DNA of 45,183 nucleotides. Source: Deltaproteobacteria bacterium. GTDB taxonomy: Bacteria; Desulfobacterota; GWC2-55-46; UBA9637. Shown here in pieces: positions 7,950 through 18,682 of this stretch. Position 1 is the stretch's first letter. Each line of letters opens with the position of its first letter. Both the position numbers and the translations under genes were made by a program. The notes beneath the pieces were generated by a model. The model was given only the letters and a program-made list of their open reading frames with translations. It was not told the DNA's origin and searched no databases. The stretch spans positions 1 to 45,183 of the forward strand of contig JACQEJ010000051.1 in the NCBI GenBank assembly GCA_016200645.1, given 5' to 3'.

Positions 7950-9167
7950 CTAACTTAACACCTCTTCAAAGACCTTGCTGACTCCGCTTATATACGCATC
8001 CATGGAAAATTTTTCCCGCGCCCGCGCTCTCCCTTTTTCACCCATCACATTCCTCAATTCGCTTGAGGCGATCAGTTTTAACAGGGCTTCAGTCAATGCC
8101 TGAGGATTTTTTGCCGGAACCAAAAAGCCGGTTTCGCCGTCAACAACAAGCTCTGACGGGCCGGTTACATCGCATGCAATAACAGGCTTTGCCATAAGCA
8201 TTGCCTCAAGTATAACCCTCGGCAAACCTTCCTGTTCGGAAGATAAAACAAATATGTCCATCGCATTGATATACGAAATCGCATCCGTCTGAAAACCGGT
8301 AAATATCACTTTATCCTGCAATCCCTTTTTCAAAACATCTTCCTGTAAACTTTTTCTTTCAGGCCCGTCGCCGACCACAATAATTTTGAATTTTGAATTT
8401 TGAATTTTGAATTTATTATTCAATTCTCCCACTGCCTCAAGCAAATCATTTATCCGTTTTCTTTTTATCAAGGAACCGACCGTGCCGATTACCATTTCAC
8501 CGTCTCCTATCCCCCATTGCTTTCTTATCTCTGAAACTGCCGTCACCGGGTTGACATTCGGATCAATGCCGTTGTAAACAACAGCGCATTTCCCCGCGTC
8601 AACCCCTTGTTTTACGAACATCTCCTGAACGCCTTGAGAAACACATATCATTTTGGTGAGCCAGTTATTTACCGCATCCACCTCAACCCTATTCAACTCC
8701 GCGCCAATGCGGCTGTGCTGGATGCAGGGGATATTTGCAATCCTTGCGGCCATGATGCCTTCAAGGTTTGACGAGGGTTGATTATTCATATACAGGAGTC
8801 CTATCTTTCGTTCTCTTGAAATTTCTGCTATCCGCGCTGCATTCGGTTTAATCCTGAAATGACAGTCAATCAAAAACACAAAATATTTCTTCAGTTTTTT
8901 ACCGGGGGAAAATATTATCCTTACCGACTCTTTTAATATTTTAGATACAACAGGCTGTTTTTTTTGTTCCAACAGCAGAAAATCTATTCCGAGTTTTTCA
9001 ATCTCCGTCTTTATGTCAGACTCATTACCCTTTTTATAATTATGATAAAACAGGGCAGTGAACTGATATTTGCTCCTATCAATTCTCTTCAACAACTCAA
9101 GGAGGCTGTTTGTCCCGCCGCCCCATTCCTTGCCAGTATCAAGAATAAGAATTCTCTTCGATGCCAT
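7950..9167 (-). CDS. GT4 family glycosyltransferase
   Basis: 405 aa. GGGTNSLLELL at the N-terminus and SEQEGLPRVILEAMLMAKPVIACDVTGPSELVVDGETGFLV form the GT-B EX7E region. Confidence 0.85.
   Translation of the reverse strand: MASKRILILDTGKEWGGGTNSLLELLKRIDRSKYQFTALFYHNYKKGNESDIKTEIEKLGIDFLLLEQKKQPVVSKILKESVRIIFSPGKKLKKYFVFLIDCHFRIKPNAARIAEISRERKIGLLYMNNQPSSNLEGIMAARIANIPCIQHSRIGAELNRVEVDAVNNWLTKMICVSQGVQEMFVKQGVDAGKCAVVYNGIDPNVNPVTAVSEIRKQWGIGDGEMVIGTVGSLIKRKRINDLLEAVGELNNKFKIQNSKFKIIVVGDGPERKSLQEDVLKKGLQDKVIFTGFQTDAISYINAMDIFVLSSEQEGLPRVILEAMLMAKPVIACDVTGPSELVVDGETGFLVPAKNPQALTEALLKLIASSELRNVMGEKGRARAREKFSMDAYISGVSKVFEEVLS
8382..8416. repeat. (AATTTTG)x4 plus a degenerate unit inside the GT4 gene
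   Basis: Perfect units at 8382-8409, then aatttat. It encodes NNKFKIQNSKFKII and the frame is preserved. Confidence 0.9.
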
Positions 9168-10276
9168 TATATTTGAACAACCTGTTTAGTTGTATCAAGA
9201 ACATACTCAGCAAGTTTCTCATTGCTCAAAGATTTTTTTGCAAGATTATATCCCCTTTCAGCAATACCTGCGCTTAAGATTGGATTATCCAGATAATATC
9301 TTGCCTGCCTTTCAAAATTCATTAAATTATTTTCTATAAACACGCAGTTTTCGCTGTCTATTAAATCAAAAGGGAGCTCTATATTTGGACGGGAAATAAA
9401 TAATAATGCGCCGCAGAGCAGAAGTTCATAATGTTTGGGACAATCCCACCTTCTACCAGCAAGACTTATGCTTATCTTAGACCTCTTTGATATTTCATAA
9501 AATTCATTTTTGCTAACCTTGCCGTCCTTTGTAGTTATTACTTTATATTTTGTTTTGAGATTATCCAGCATCGGCAAAATCTTTATGCGGTTATAATTCA
9601 TATGTATATTGCAGAGATAAGAAATATCTATATTCCTTTCATCATACGGTTTAATTTTATCTATGTCTGTAAAATGGGCAAACGAGTCTTTGTCATAGGA
9701 AATCCAATAAGGTCTTAATTTCTCCGCCAGTTTAATCTTCTGCTGTTTGTTAAGACGAGACTCAAACAATCTGAAGCAGAAAAATCTGTCAAACGGCAAT
9801 TCATTTTTAAAATATACAATGCAATTCAAAAGAAGGTCTAAATCAACCGGCCAGATAAATCGGTCATCAGTGTCATCAAAAACTATGAAAGGCGGAAGTT
9901 CAATGCCTTTATTCAACCAGTCGGCAACCAATGTGCCGCCCATCTTATATTTATTTGATTCAAGCGAATATTTAACCTTCCTTGACAGCCGTGATAAAAA
10001 CCCGTGTTTGCCTGCCTTGTAATCCACGCGGCATACTGTTGTTATAATTAAATCATAATATCCCTTTTTAAGGTTTTCAATAATAGCAGGATATTCTGGG
10101 TATGAAATATTGGCATTATCAAATTTTAACTGATATGTGCCAATAACATTATAACTCTGTGTAATAATATTTGGATAATGGTCAAAATCCACGCCAAGTT
10201 TACTCAAACCCAGAACAAGATTATCAAATCCGATCAGAGAATCCCTCTTGGGAACCCCTATCACAAGAATCTTCAT
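9167..10276 (-). CDS. Glycosyltransferase-like protein (CgeB / Glyco_trans_1_2-type C-terminal domain), AT-rich
   Basis: 369 aa. The C-terminal HYELLLCGALLFISRP...FIEN...ARYYLDNP...AERGYNLA resembles the Glyco_trans_1_2 domain. Its stop overlaps the next ATG (TAATG). Visibly more AT-rich than its neighbours. Confidence 0.5.
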   Translation of the reverse strand: MKILVIGVPKRDSLIGFDNLVLGLSKLGVDFDHYPNIITQSYNVIGTYQLKFDNANISYPEYPAIIENLKKGYYDLIITTVCRVDYKAGKHGFLSRLSRKVKYSLESNKYKMGGTLVADWLNKGIELPPFIVFDDTDDRFIWPVDLDLLLNCIVYFKNELPFDRFFCFRLFESRLNKQQKIKLAEKLRPYWISYDKDSFAHFTDIDKIKPYDERNIDISYLCNIHMNYNRIKILPMLDNLKTKYKVITTKDGKVSKNEFYEISKRSKISISLAGRRWDCPKHYELLLCGALLFISRPNIELPFDLIDSENCVFIENNLMNFERQARYYLDNPILSAGIAERGYNLAKKSLSNEKLAEYVLDTTKQVVQI

Positions 10277-10450
10277 GCTAGTTTTATTGCAACTCCTTCA
10301 AAATAGATTGGTATTTGGTATAAAGTTAGCTATGCATCTGCCACTGTTCTTTCAAAAATAACTTCTACTTATTCTATACTCAATCTGGTTTAGAACCTTC
10401 AACGTTGACGGCGGTATTATGATACAAGACCGCATGTATAAACCATCCCT

Positions 10451-11623
10451 TCACCTATAACCCAAAACCTTCTTATACACCTCATATATCTTCACTGCAT
10501 TTTTACTTGCGTCAAAATGCCCTTCAACGCGTCTCCTCCCCTTTTGCCCCAACTCGTTTGCAAGGCTGCGATTATCCATAAGCAGGGCGAGCTTTTCCGC
10601 AAATCCGAAAAAATCCCCTGGCACAAAGGTAATGCCTGCATCTCCCACGATCTCAGGGATTGAGCCTGAGGCCGAAGCCACCACTGGTTTGGCGCAGGCC
10701 ATAGCCTCCACCAACACCATGCCGAACTGCTCTTGCCAGGTCATGGCCGGATAGCTTGGACAGACAAACACATCCGCCAGATTATACAGCCTTCTCATGT
10801 CTTGATACGGCGTAAAACCCGCAAAACGGAAATGCCTTTCCACGCCCGCCTCGGCGATGATCTTTTTCAGATTTTCCAATTGCGCGCCTCTGCCCGCGAC
10901 AACAAACCGGAAATTTTTACGGCCGTTTGCCATTAATATTTTTGCGGCATAGGGGAGCATATGCACCCCCTTCCACGAAACAAGTTTGCCAACATAGAGG
11001 ATGATAAAATCTCCCTCATCTATGCTATATTCTTTCAGAAGCCCGGAATACTTGGGTTCCGGTTTGAAAAGGTTCAGGTCTAAGCCGGTATATATCGTAG
11101 TAATCTTCTCTTCCGGCACGTCCTCCAGCAGCATGGTTTTTTTAATGGTATCACACCACGGAATAAAATGGTCTATCATTTCATACGAGCTGTGTTTTAT
11201 ATAGTTAGTTTTGTCGTCAAATATTTGGCGATACGGTATATTCTCGGCATAGCTCACCACGAGTTTGAATCCCGCGCCTCGTCGTTTCAGTTCCGCAAGG
11301 GTGTAAAGAGAGCGGCTTGAATCATGGCATTCCACCAGATCATAATTTTGCAGATATTTACTCAGAGAGTTGAAATAAAAATCCATTTTTTTATACGGAG
11401 CCTTGATAATCCTTGTCAGAGAGCCGGGCAATGCGGACAATCCAAGCAATATCTCCTCTTTGTGGCTCAGTCTCTGCTTTTGCAGTTTCACCTCTTGGAC
11501 ATCAAACTTATTATTTTCCCCGACAAACACCGTCACATCGGTTTCCGGAATATCCACAAGCGGCTCGAACATCTGAGACATCCACTTGGAAACTCCGTTT
11601 TCCCATACAATGCCTATTTTCAC
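10451..11623 (-). CDS. GT4 family glycosyltransferase
   Basis: 390 aa. EQFGMVLVEAMACAKPVVASASGSIPEIVGDAGITFVPGD. Confidence 0.85.
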   Translation of the reverse strand: MKIGIVWENGVSKWMSQMFEPLVDIPETDVTVFVGENNKFDVQEVKLQKQRLSHKEEILLGLSALPGSLTRIIKAPYKKMDFYFNSLSKYLQNYDLVECHDSSRSLYTLAELKRRGAGFKLVVSYAENIPYRQIFDDKTNYIKHSSYEMIDHFIPWCDTIKKTMLLEDVPEEKITTIYTGLDLNLFKPEPKYSGLLKEYSIDEGDFIILYVGKLVSWKGVHMLPYAAKILMANGRKNFRFVVAGRGAQLENLKKIIAEAGVERHFRFAGFTPYQDMRRLYNLADVFVCPSYPAMTWQEQFGMVLVEAMACAKPVVASASGSIPEIVGDAGITFVPGDFFGFAEKLALLMDNRSLANELGQKGRRRVEGHFDASKNAVKIYEVYKKVLGYR

Positions 11624-12749
11624 AATTTTACCCCGACCCCGATGACATCTGTAACTGCGTCAAACACCTCATCCACGCTGATATTTTCCATGCACTTCTG
11701 ATATTCACACTTTTTGCTCACGCACGGATCGCAGGTCTTCCACTTCTGAATAACTCTGTGCTTCTCCTGGTCGTAGTATGGCCCTGTTATTCTATAGTCC
11801 GCAACCGCATACAGCGCCACAACAGATATGCCGACCGCAATGGCAATGTGCATGATTCCTGTGTCGCCTGTAATCAAAACCTTGAATCGTTTCACCAGCG
11901 CCGGCATCTGCTTGAGAGGAATTTTTCCTGCAGAGACAATTATCTCATCTCCAATTTCTTTACCAAGCCTTTCGCAATAATCTCCCTCTGCAGGAGAGCC
12001 TGTAATGACAATCTTCGTCATCGGATACGCTGCAATAAGCCTTTTACCCAGTTCTATAAACCTATCGGCAAACCATATCCTGCTTATTGTTGACGCGCCA
12101 ACCTGAAACCCCACCAGCGCATCAGCGTCCTTTACCCCTTGCTCATTCAGAAACTTGGACACCGCTTCTTCATCTTCAGCTTCTACCGGCAAAACCATTC
12201 TCTTATCTTTGCTGCTGCAGCCAACGATGGCTGCCACCTTTAGCCTCTGCTCTATGCCATGCACAAACTCGGAGGTGGGAGGTGGGGGGCGGGGGGTGGT
12301 ATTGGATAGTAGAAAGCTGTATTCACTCGTATTCGGCAATTTTACAATGAAATGCGCGCCAGCCAGATATGCCATTGGTGTTGCCTGTGGTTCATTTCCA
12401 TGAAATATCAACACAAGGTCAAATTTGTGCTTGCGTAATTCCCGGACTGTTTTGAAAAACTTTTTGTAACCGCCATAGTAGGGGATGATGCCATCTATGT
12501 GCGGATTGTTTTCAAACATCTCCATGTTCGCATTGTTGAAATGGGCGATTATCTTTGCATCAGGATAGCGCTCTCTGACAGCCTTTATTGCAGGCGTTGA
12601 AAGGAGCGTATCGCCGATTGCAGTTGATGATACCACAAGAATATTTCTGACCTTATCCGGATCAAAACATTTTAAACTTGTCTTGCGCCTGTCAAACGCC
12701 TTGAGCAATCTCATAGAAAGGTAAAGAATGCCGTCAACAGGGTGCAGTC

Positions 12750-12753
<4 letters not shown>
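11620..12753 (-). CDS. GT9 family glycosyltransferase (heptosyltransferase-like)
   Basis: 377 aa. NILVVSSTAIGDTLLSTPAIKAVRERYPDAKIIAHF, DTGIMHIAIAVG and a C-terminal CDPCVSKKCEYQKC cluster. Confidence 0.85.
12271..12298. repeat. G-rich 7-nt periodic tract (ggaggtg ggaggtg gggggcg gggggtg) inside the GT9 gene
   Basis: Read directly. It encodes TPRPPPPTS on the minus strand. Confidence 0.75.
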
Positions 12754-13555
<802 letters not shown>

Positions 13556-13559
<4 letters not shown>

Positions 13560-14653
13560 CTTTTCCTCTTCCCAATAAGGGACTCATAAAAATTATACAT
13601 TCTTTCAACCATTGCATCAACGCTGTATTTTTCTTCAACAATCTTTCTTCCCGCATCTCCCATTTTCTTCATTCTTTCTTTATCTTTCAAGAGGCCTATG
13701 ATTGCTTCTGCAAGGGCATGCGGGTTTTCAGGCTCTACAAGGATACCGGAAGTACCATCCTCAACAACCTCTGGAACGCCTCCGACCTTTGTCCCTATCA
13801 CAGGCTTTCCCATTGCCATTGCCTGCAGCACCGATTGAGGCAAAGATTCTTGAAGCGTGGGGAGCGCGAAAATATCCAGCGACTTTAGTATATCAGGAAT
13901 ATCTTGTCTTAAACCGAGCAGAAAGACCTTATCGGTTAAGTTCAGTTCTTTTATCTTATTTTTAATATTCCCTTCCTGCGGACCGTCGCCTGCAAATACA
14001 AAAACCGTTTTCGGGAATACCTTGAGAACTTCAGGAACAGCCTCGATAAGGATATGATGCCCTTTTTTAAATCGTAATATTGCCACCGTGCCTATGACAT
14101 TTGTGTCGTCATCTATATTCAGTTCTTTCTTAAGGACATCCTTTGCAGCGTCAATATTAAATATGCGCATATCAACACCGGTAGGCGCTGCAATAATTTT
14201 TTCCGGTGGTATACGGAGAGAAATCAAATACTGTCTAACATATTCGCTGGTGGTCACAACCTTATGAGGCAGCAAGCTATAGGTAAGCCTTGAGGTTATA
14301 GGCAGCGCCAGATGCCGCATCCTGACTATAACAGGTTTTCTGCCTGAGAGCCTGCCGGCTATGCCTGCAAGAAGGCTGTCTCTCCCGCTGTGGGTGCTGA
14401 TTATGTCTATCTTTTCAGCTTTGAGGAGTTTCAAAATATTTCTTACGGCAAATGCATCATAACTCTTTTCCATCCTGCATATTCTTATTTCAATTCCATT
14501 CTCCGATGCCTTCCGGGCAATGATACTGTCAGGCTGACACAGAATGATTACCCTTGCCCCCCTGTTTTTTAACCCGATGGATTCCAGAAATATCCTGTTC
14601 TCCTGGCCTCCCCATCCTTTTGATGATTCTGTATGCAAGATTGTAAAAGCCAT
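13556..14653 (-). CDS. GT4 family glycosyltransferase
   Basis: 365 aa. ESSKGWGGQENRI at the N-terminus and LQESLPQSVLQAMAMGKPVIGTKVGGVPEVVEDGTSGILV. Confidence 0.85.
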
Positions 14654-14654
14654 T

Positions 14655-15890
14655 TTACCTTTTTAAATGCCTTTCTATTATTTCCATTACTTCATCAACC
14701 GTAATATCTTCCAGACATTTGCTTATCTTGCTTCCGTCGCAGCCGTCTTTGCCGCACGGGATGCACTCCCAATCCCGCTGAATAACCGTGTGCTTCCCAA
14801 ACGTCTGGATTCCATTTCTTTGTGCATATGGAGATTCTAACTTTGAACTTTGAACTTTGAACTTTGAACTGTAGTTATCCCACGGCCCCCAGTGAAATGC
14901 GCCTGACGGGCCGAAAAGCGCCACTACAGGGGTGTCAACAGCAGCAGCGATATGCATAGGCGCTGAATCCACTCCAAAAAAAAGCCTTGCCCTTTTTGAA
15001 ATTGCGCCGAGTTTTTTTAGGTCTATATTCTCGATAAAGGAAATGGGTTTATTTTTGGCAAGTTCAATAATCCTGTTTGCCTTATCCATCTCTCTTTTGT
15101 CAGGACTGCAAGTTATAATGACTTTTGCACGGCACTGTTCTTGAATACGGTCAATGACATCAGCCATGGCCTCATCTTTCCAGCATTTAAAAAGCCAGCG
15201 GGAGGTTGGATGGATATGGACGATAATATCACCCTCTTTGACGCCCTTTTCCTTCAAGGCAGCGCTCAGCCATTTCTCGTCGTCCTTTGAGATATAAAAG
15301 TCAATAGCTGCAGGCTGAAGGCTGAAGGCTGGTCGTAAGACCTCTTTATCAGGTCTTATGCCGGCATTGCTTAAAAGTTCAAGATTTTGAAGAACAGTAT
15401 GGCTGTCCCTATCAATCGAGAATCTATGGGTATATAAAAATTTCTTGCCGGCAAAACCTCCGGCTTGCTCACAACCTATACGATACCTTGCCCCGCTCAA
15501 AAATGAATACAATGCCGGCCTGTCACCGCCTGTTAAATCAATTGCCATATCAAAATGTCTCTCCCTTATTTTCTTTACGAAAGAAAGCTCATACATGATT
15601 CTATTTAAAAAAAATCGCTTGGAGTATAAATTTTTCTGACCCCTGACCCCTGACCCCTGACCCCGGTAGTTAAGCATAGACCTGTCCAGCGACATAATCT
15701 CATCAACACACGGATTGCCAAGAAGCGCATCCTCTGTTCCTGAATTTGCAAGCGCTGTTATGCAGGCAAAGGGGAAGGCATCTTTTAATATCCTTATGGC
15801 AGGGGTTGTAAGCAGCACATCGCCGATGTGGCGGAGTTTAATGACAAGGATTTTTCTTATATCTTTAAACTCACTTCTCACTTCTCGCAT
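14655..15890 (-). CDS. GT9 family glycosyltransferase (heptosyltransferase-like) carrying three heptamer arrays
   Basis: KILVIKLRHIGDVLLTTPAIRILKDAFP, VDSAPMHIAAAV and a C-terminal CIPCGKDGCDGSKISKC cluster. ATG at 15890 (MREVRSEF...) is preferred over the track start 16031, which lies deep inside the upstream GT2 gene. Confidence 0.8.
   Translation of the reverse strand: MREVRSEFKDIRKILVIKLRHIGDVLLTTPAIRILKDAFPFACITALANSGTEDALLGNPCVDEIMSLDRSMLNYRGQGSGVRGQKNLYSKRFFLNRIMYELSFVKKIRERHFDMAIDLTGGDRPALYSFLSGARYRIGCEQAGGFAGKKFLYTHRFSIDRDSHTVLQNLELLSNAGIRPDKEVLRPAFSLQPAAIDFYISKDDEKWLSAALKEKGVKEGDIIVHIHPTSRWLFKCWKDEAMADVIDRIQEQCRAKVIITCSPDKREMDKANRIIELAKNKPISFIENIDLKKLGAISKRARLFFGVDSAPMHIAAAVDTPVVALFGPSGAFHWGPWDNYSSKFKVQSSKLESPYAQRNGIQTFGKHTVIQRDWECIPCGKDGCDGSKISKCLEDITVDEVMEIIERHLKR
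14839..14873. repeat. (AACTTTG)x4 plus a degenerate unit inside the GT9 gene
   Basis: Perfect units at 14839-14866. It encodes SSKFKVQSSKLES. Confidence 0.9.
15313..15333. repeat. (GGCTGAA)x2 plus ggctggt inside the GT9 gene
   Basis: Read directly. It encodes part of AFSLQPAA. Confidence 0.7.
15637..15664. repeat. (TGACCCC)x4 inside the GT9 gene
   Basis: Four perfect units. It encodes RGQGSGVRGQ. The reverse complement GGGGTCA matches the motif that flanks the RAYT gene. Confidence 0.9.
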
Positions 15891-16639
15891 CTCACATCTT
15901 TTTTTGACATCTCCCGGAGTTTGGCATATTTTGAGAAAGTATATGCCGAATAGAGGCCTGACAGGATAACGCCCATATAACCTTCCAAAAAGCCCTTCTG
16001 CAAAAAAAACATCTTTAAAAAAGTAAAGCACGGTCTAAAAATTAAATCTAACAACCCTGTATTCTTCCCATTTTTAAACATCTCCTCGGCCGCAAGCGTT
16101 GAATATCTGTCCATCCTCTTTAGATAATCGCTTACATCCCTATATGTATAATGCTCTAACGGAGTCTTAAGATAGCCAGCCTTTCCTTGAATCTGAACAG
16201 CCTCATGTACATCGCGCTCATTAAATTGCCCTTTGTCCTTTTTATAGAGCCTTAGATTATAATCAGGATACCAGCCGCAATATCGTATCCACCTGCCGCC
16301 AAAGAAATTTTTACGCGGGATATTGTAGCCATCGCAGCCGCCATTGTTCAAAACCGATTCTATCTCTTTCCTCAGTTCAGGCGTAACCCTCTCGTCCGCA
16401 TCAATATTTAAGAGCCAGTTATTTTTAGCCCTGCCTGCAACTAAATTCTTCTGTTTGCCAAAACCATGCCATTCGTCAACAAAAACCTTTGCGCCGTATT
16501 CCTTGCAAACATAGACGGTTTTGTCGCTGCTTCCCGAATCAGAGACAAGTATTTCGTCAGCCCATTTTACGCTTTCAAGACAGGCACGGATGTTTTCTTC
16601 TTCGTTGAGGGTTATTATAGTGACGGAAATCTTTTGCAT
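15878..16639 (-). CDS. GT2 family glycosyltransferase (LPS core, WaaE/KdtX-like)
   Basis: 253 aa. ISVTIITLNEEENIRACLESV...ILVSDSGSSDKT and NIDADERV (DXD-like). First gene of the minus-strand operon. Confidence 0.85.
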   Translation of the reverse strand: MQKISVTIITLNEEENIRACLESVKWADEILVSDSGSSDKTVYVCKEYGAKVFVDEWHGFGKQKNLVAGRAKNNWLLNIDADERVTPELRKEIESVLNNGGCDGYNIPRKNFFGGRWIRYCGWYPDYNLRLYKKDKGQFNERDVHEAVQIQGKAGYLKTPLEHYTYRDVSDYLKRMDRYSTLAAEEMFKNGKNTGLLDLIFRPCFTFLKMFFLQKGFLEGYMGVILSGLYSAYTFSKYAKLREMSKKDVRCEK

Positions 16640-16747
16640 AATATATAAGGCTCATACTGTAAGAGTGTGGGTAAAAAAGAGCCGTAAAGCAATCATAACA
16701 TAGCATAGAATAAGAGAAAAAAGAAGTTTTAAATGAGTTATTTTTGC

Positions 16748-16776
16748 TTGACCTGACTCATAACTTTCCCTATAAT
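16748..16776 (+). promoter_or_regulatory. Sigma70-like promoter: TTGACC, 17 nt, TATAAT
   Basis: -35 at 16748-16753 and -10 at 16771-16776. An AAGGAAGGG RBS precedes the ATG at 16815. Confidence 0.45.
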
Positions 16777-16814
16777 TTGCACAAATACAAGCATGCGACA
16801 TAAGGAAGGGAAAA

Positions 16815-17507
16815 ATGAAATATGGGACAAAAATAATCATTACCGTAATTATAATCATGTTATCAGGTGGTGCTTTATACGCCACTTGGACGAAGGAAAT
16901 AAATATGCTCAAATTGAACGCTCAATCCATTCTTGCTGTTCTCGGAATTTTAGTGGTTCTATTTTCAGTAATGAAAGTAGTTTCTCCTGGAATTAAAATA
17001 AAAATAGTCTCGAATTATTATACGCTTGATAAAGATAAACGAGGATTATTCATACTGAAATTACAAACCATTTCCAATGTTGATCTCGTATTGGAGGATG
17101 TTAAGATTAATGTCATATTGAAGGATGGTAGGCCTCTTAAAATGATCCCTTTTTCGGTTAGGTGGAAAGGGGTTGTTTTTAAAATGTTAGATATAAAGAA
17201 CCAAGAGCGCGATTACAAATTACTGAAACCTTTGGAGCCAGATTTAAGAACTTTTGGTATTAAACAGGGCAGTAATGAATGTTATATTTCTATGAGGTCA
17301 GAAGAAATTTTCGAAGATAAACCCATTACATTATGGTCATTTGAGTTGAAATATCGGCAGCATCTCCTTCCTATGCCGAATCTGCCCTGGTTTAATAGAA
17401 AAACAATTACTGTAGTTCAACCAGAAGGAAAGGATCTTTATTTTGATGATTCTCTGTTTCAAAAAATATCTCCTGAAGAAAGGCAGAAGCTAATTGATGA
17501 GCTTTAG
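16815..17507 (+). CDS. Hypothetical membrane-anchored protein (two N-terminal TM helices), AT-rich
   Basis: 230-aa ORF with good promoter and RBS context. I recognise no family. Confidence 0.55.
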   Translation: MKYGTKIIITVIIIMLSGGALYATWTKEINMLKLNAQSILAVLGILVVLFSVMKVVSPGIKIKIVSNYYTLDKDKRGLFILKLQTISNVDLVLEDVKINVILKDGRPLKMIPFSVRWKGVVFKMLDIKNQERDYKLLKPLEPDLRTFGIKQGSNECYISMRSEEIFEDKPITLWSFELKYRQHLLPMPNLPWFNRKTITVVQPEGKDLYFDDSLFQKISPEERQKLIDEL

Positions 17508-17511
17508 CCGT

Positions 17512-17542
17512 GTAGGTTGGGTTGAGCTTTGCGAAACCCAAC
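17512..17542. repeat. GTAG-headed REP-like hairpin
   Basis: GTAG (17512-17515), then GTTGGGTT (17516-17523), an 11-nt loop, then AACCCAAC (17535-17542). Confidence 0.6.
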
Positions 17543-17579
17543 AAACCATTGCAACGCACTTGCCCCCCCATTCCCCCTA

Positions 17580-17621
17580 AAATGGGAACAAATGGGGTCA
17601 AATGGAACGTCTGGGGTCAAA
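17580..17621. repeat. Three AAATGGnnnn units and two GGGGTCAAA motifs downstream of the RAYT gene
   Basis: GGGGTCAAA at 17594-17602 and 17613-17621. The AAATGG units have a 10-nt period across 17580-17609. Confidence 0.7.
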
Positions 17622-17627
17622 CCCTCA

Positions 17628-18590
17628 TTATTCATTTATCAATATCCCCTTCAAATGCTCTGCTTCCCTTTTAAGGTTCTGGTCTTGTTTCAGCCTTTCC
17701 TCCATAGCCTTTATAATCCCGCTTATCGCAGGGCCTTTAATGCCAAAGCAGTTGCCAATCGCTATATTCCTCTCGCCACTAAGCGCCTTAGATAGGTATA
17801 TCGCTATCTGTCTCTCTTTTTTACCTTTCTTCCTTTTTTTAAGCAGTTCCTCTCTATCTATGACATAGTGTTTGCAACAGACTTCTATTACTCTGTCTAT
17901 AGGTATTTTCTCCCTCAACCTCTTTATCTGCGGAAGCTCAGCATCGTCTTTTATTTTATCCAGAAGCTTCAATATCTTTGCCTTGAATCTCTTCCCCCCA
18001 AGCATTATCCCTGCTTCAACTTCGTTAAATGGGCTTTCTTTTTCTCCAATACCTGCTTCAATAAATCCTCTGTAAGCATTTTCAGCCTTCCTTTTTTTCT
18101 CCGAGAAATATGAAAGGGTGTCGGTTGTGCCAACTAAGGCATTTGCCCTCTTGCCTGTGAAAGCCCCGCAACTCGTCCATTTGTAATCCTCTGGCCTCTC
18201 AACTATCTTTGCCCTTACAGGGTTTAGGTGAATATAGCGGCTCAGGGCGAGGAGGTATTCGTCCTTGTCCACTATGATTGCCTTAAATCTTCCTTGAAAT
18301 AGATGTCCACTCCGATGGTATCTCCTGTTTATGTAAACCGTGTAGCTCGTGTTTATGTTTTGCATTATCCGGGATATATTTGCCTTCGGTGTTTCTATCA
18401 AGAGATGATAATGGTTGTCCATCAATGTATATGCATGGAGGAGATAGCCGTATCTTTCTTTTGTCCTTTCCAATATCTCTAAAAACCTCTCTTTGTCTTT
18501 ATGTTCAAAAAACACCTTCTCCCTCATGTTTCCCCGTGAGGTTATATGATAAAATGCCCCTTCAAATTCTATTCTTAACTGCCTTGCCAT
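17628..18590 (-). CDS. REP-associated tyrosine transposase (IS200/IS605 Y1 transposase-like) with a C-terminal DnaA_C-like HTH
   Basis: 320 aa. HUH motif in DNHYHLLIE, catalytic Tyr region SRYIHLNPVRA, and a C-terminal RQIAIYLSKALSGERNIAIGNCFGIKGPAISGIIK resembling DnaA domain IV. Confidence 0.8.
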   Translation of the reverse strand: MARQLRIEFEGAFYHITSRGNMREKVFFEHKDKERFLEILERTKERYGYLLHAYTLMDNHYHLLIETPKANISRIMQNINTSYTVYINRRYHRSGHLFQGRFKAIIVDKDEYLLALSRYIHLNPVRAKIVERPEDYKWTSCGAFTGKRANALVGTTDTLSYFSEKKRKAENAYRGFIEAGIGEKESPFNEVEAGIMLGGKRFKAKILKLLDKIKDDAELPQIKRLREKIPIDRVIEVCCKHYVIDREELLKKRKKGKKERQIAIYLSKALSGERNIAIGNCFGIKGPAISGIIKAMEERLKQDQNLKREAEHLKGILINE

Positions 18591-18646
18591 TTGTTATCAT
18601 TCTATACACTATATCTAATGACTCTGTCAAATGAAGTTTGAAGGTT

Positions 18647-18682
18647 TGACCCTTTGACCCACTCTGACCCTTTGACCCACTC
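18647..18682. repeat. Perfect 18-nt direct repeat x2 (TGACCCTTTGACCCACTC)
   Basis: Copies at 18647-18664 and 18665-18682, located upstream of the RAYT start. Confidence 0.9.

Noticed and set aside
12271-12298. Possible G-quadruplex in the G-rich heptamer tract
   Set aside because: Only three clean G3-or-longer runs with usable loops can be drawn, so a canonical four-tract G4 is not supported.
16652-16912. 86-aa minus-strand ORF in the AT-rich spacer
   Set aside because: It overlaps the promoter, RBS and 5' end of the better-supported plus-strand gene 16815..17507, and it has no RBS or recognisable features.
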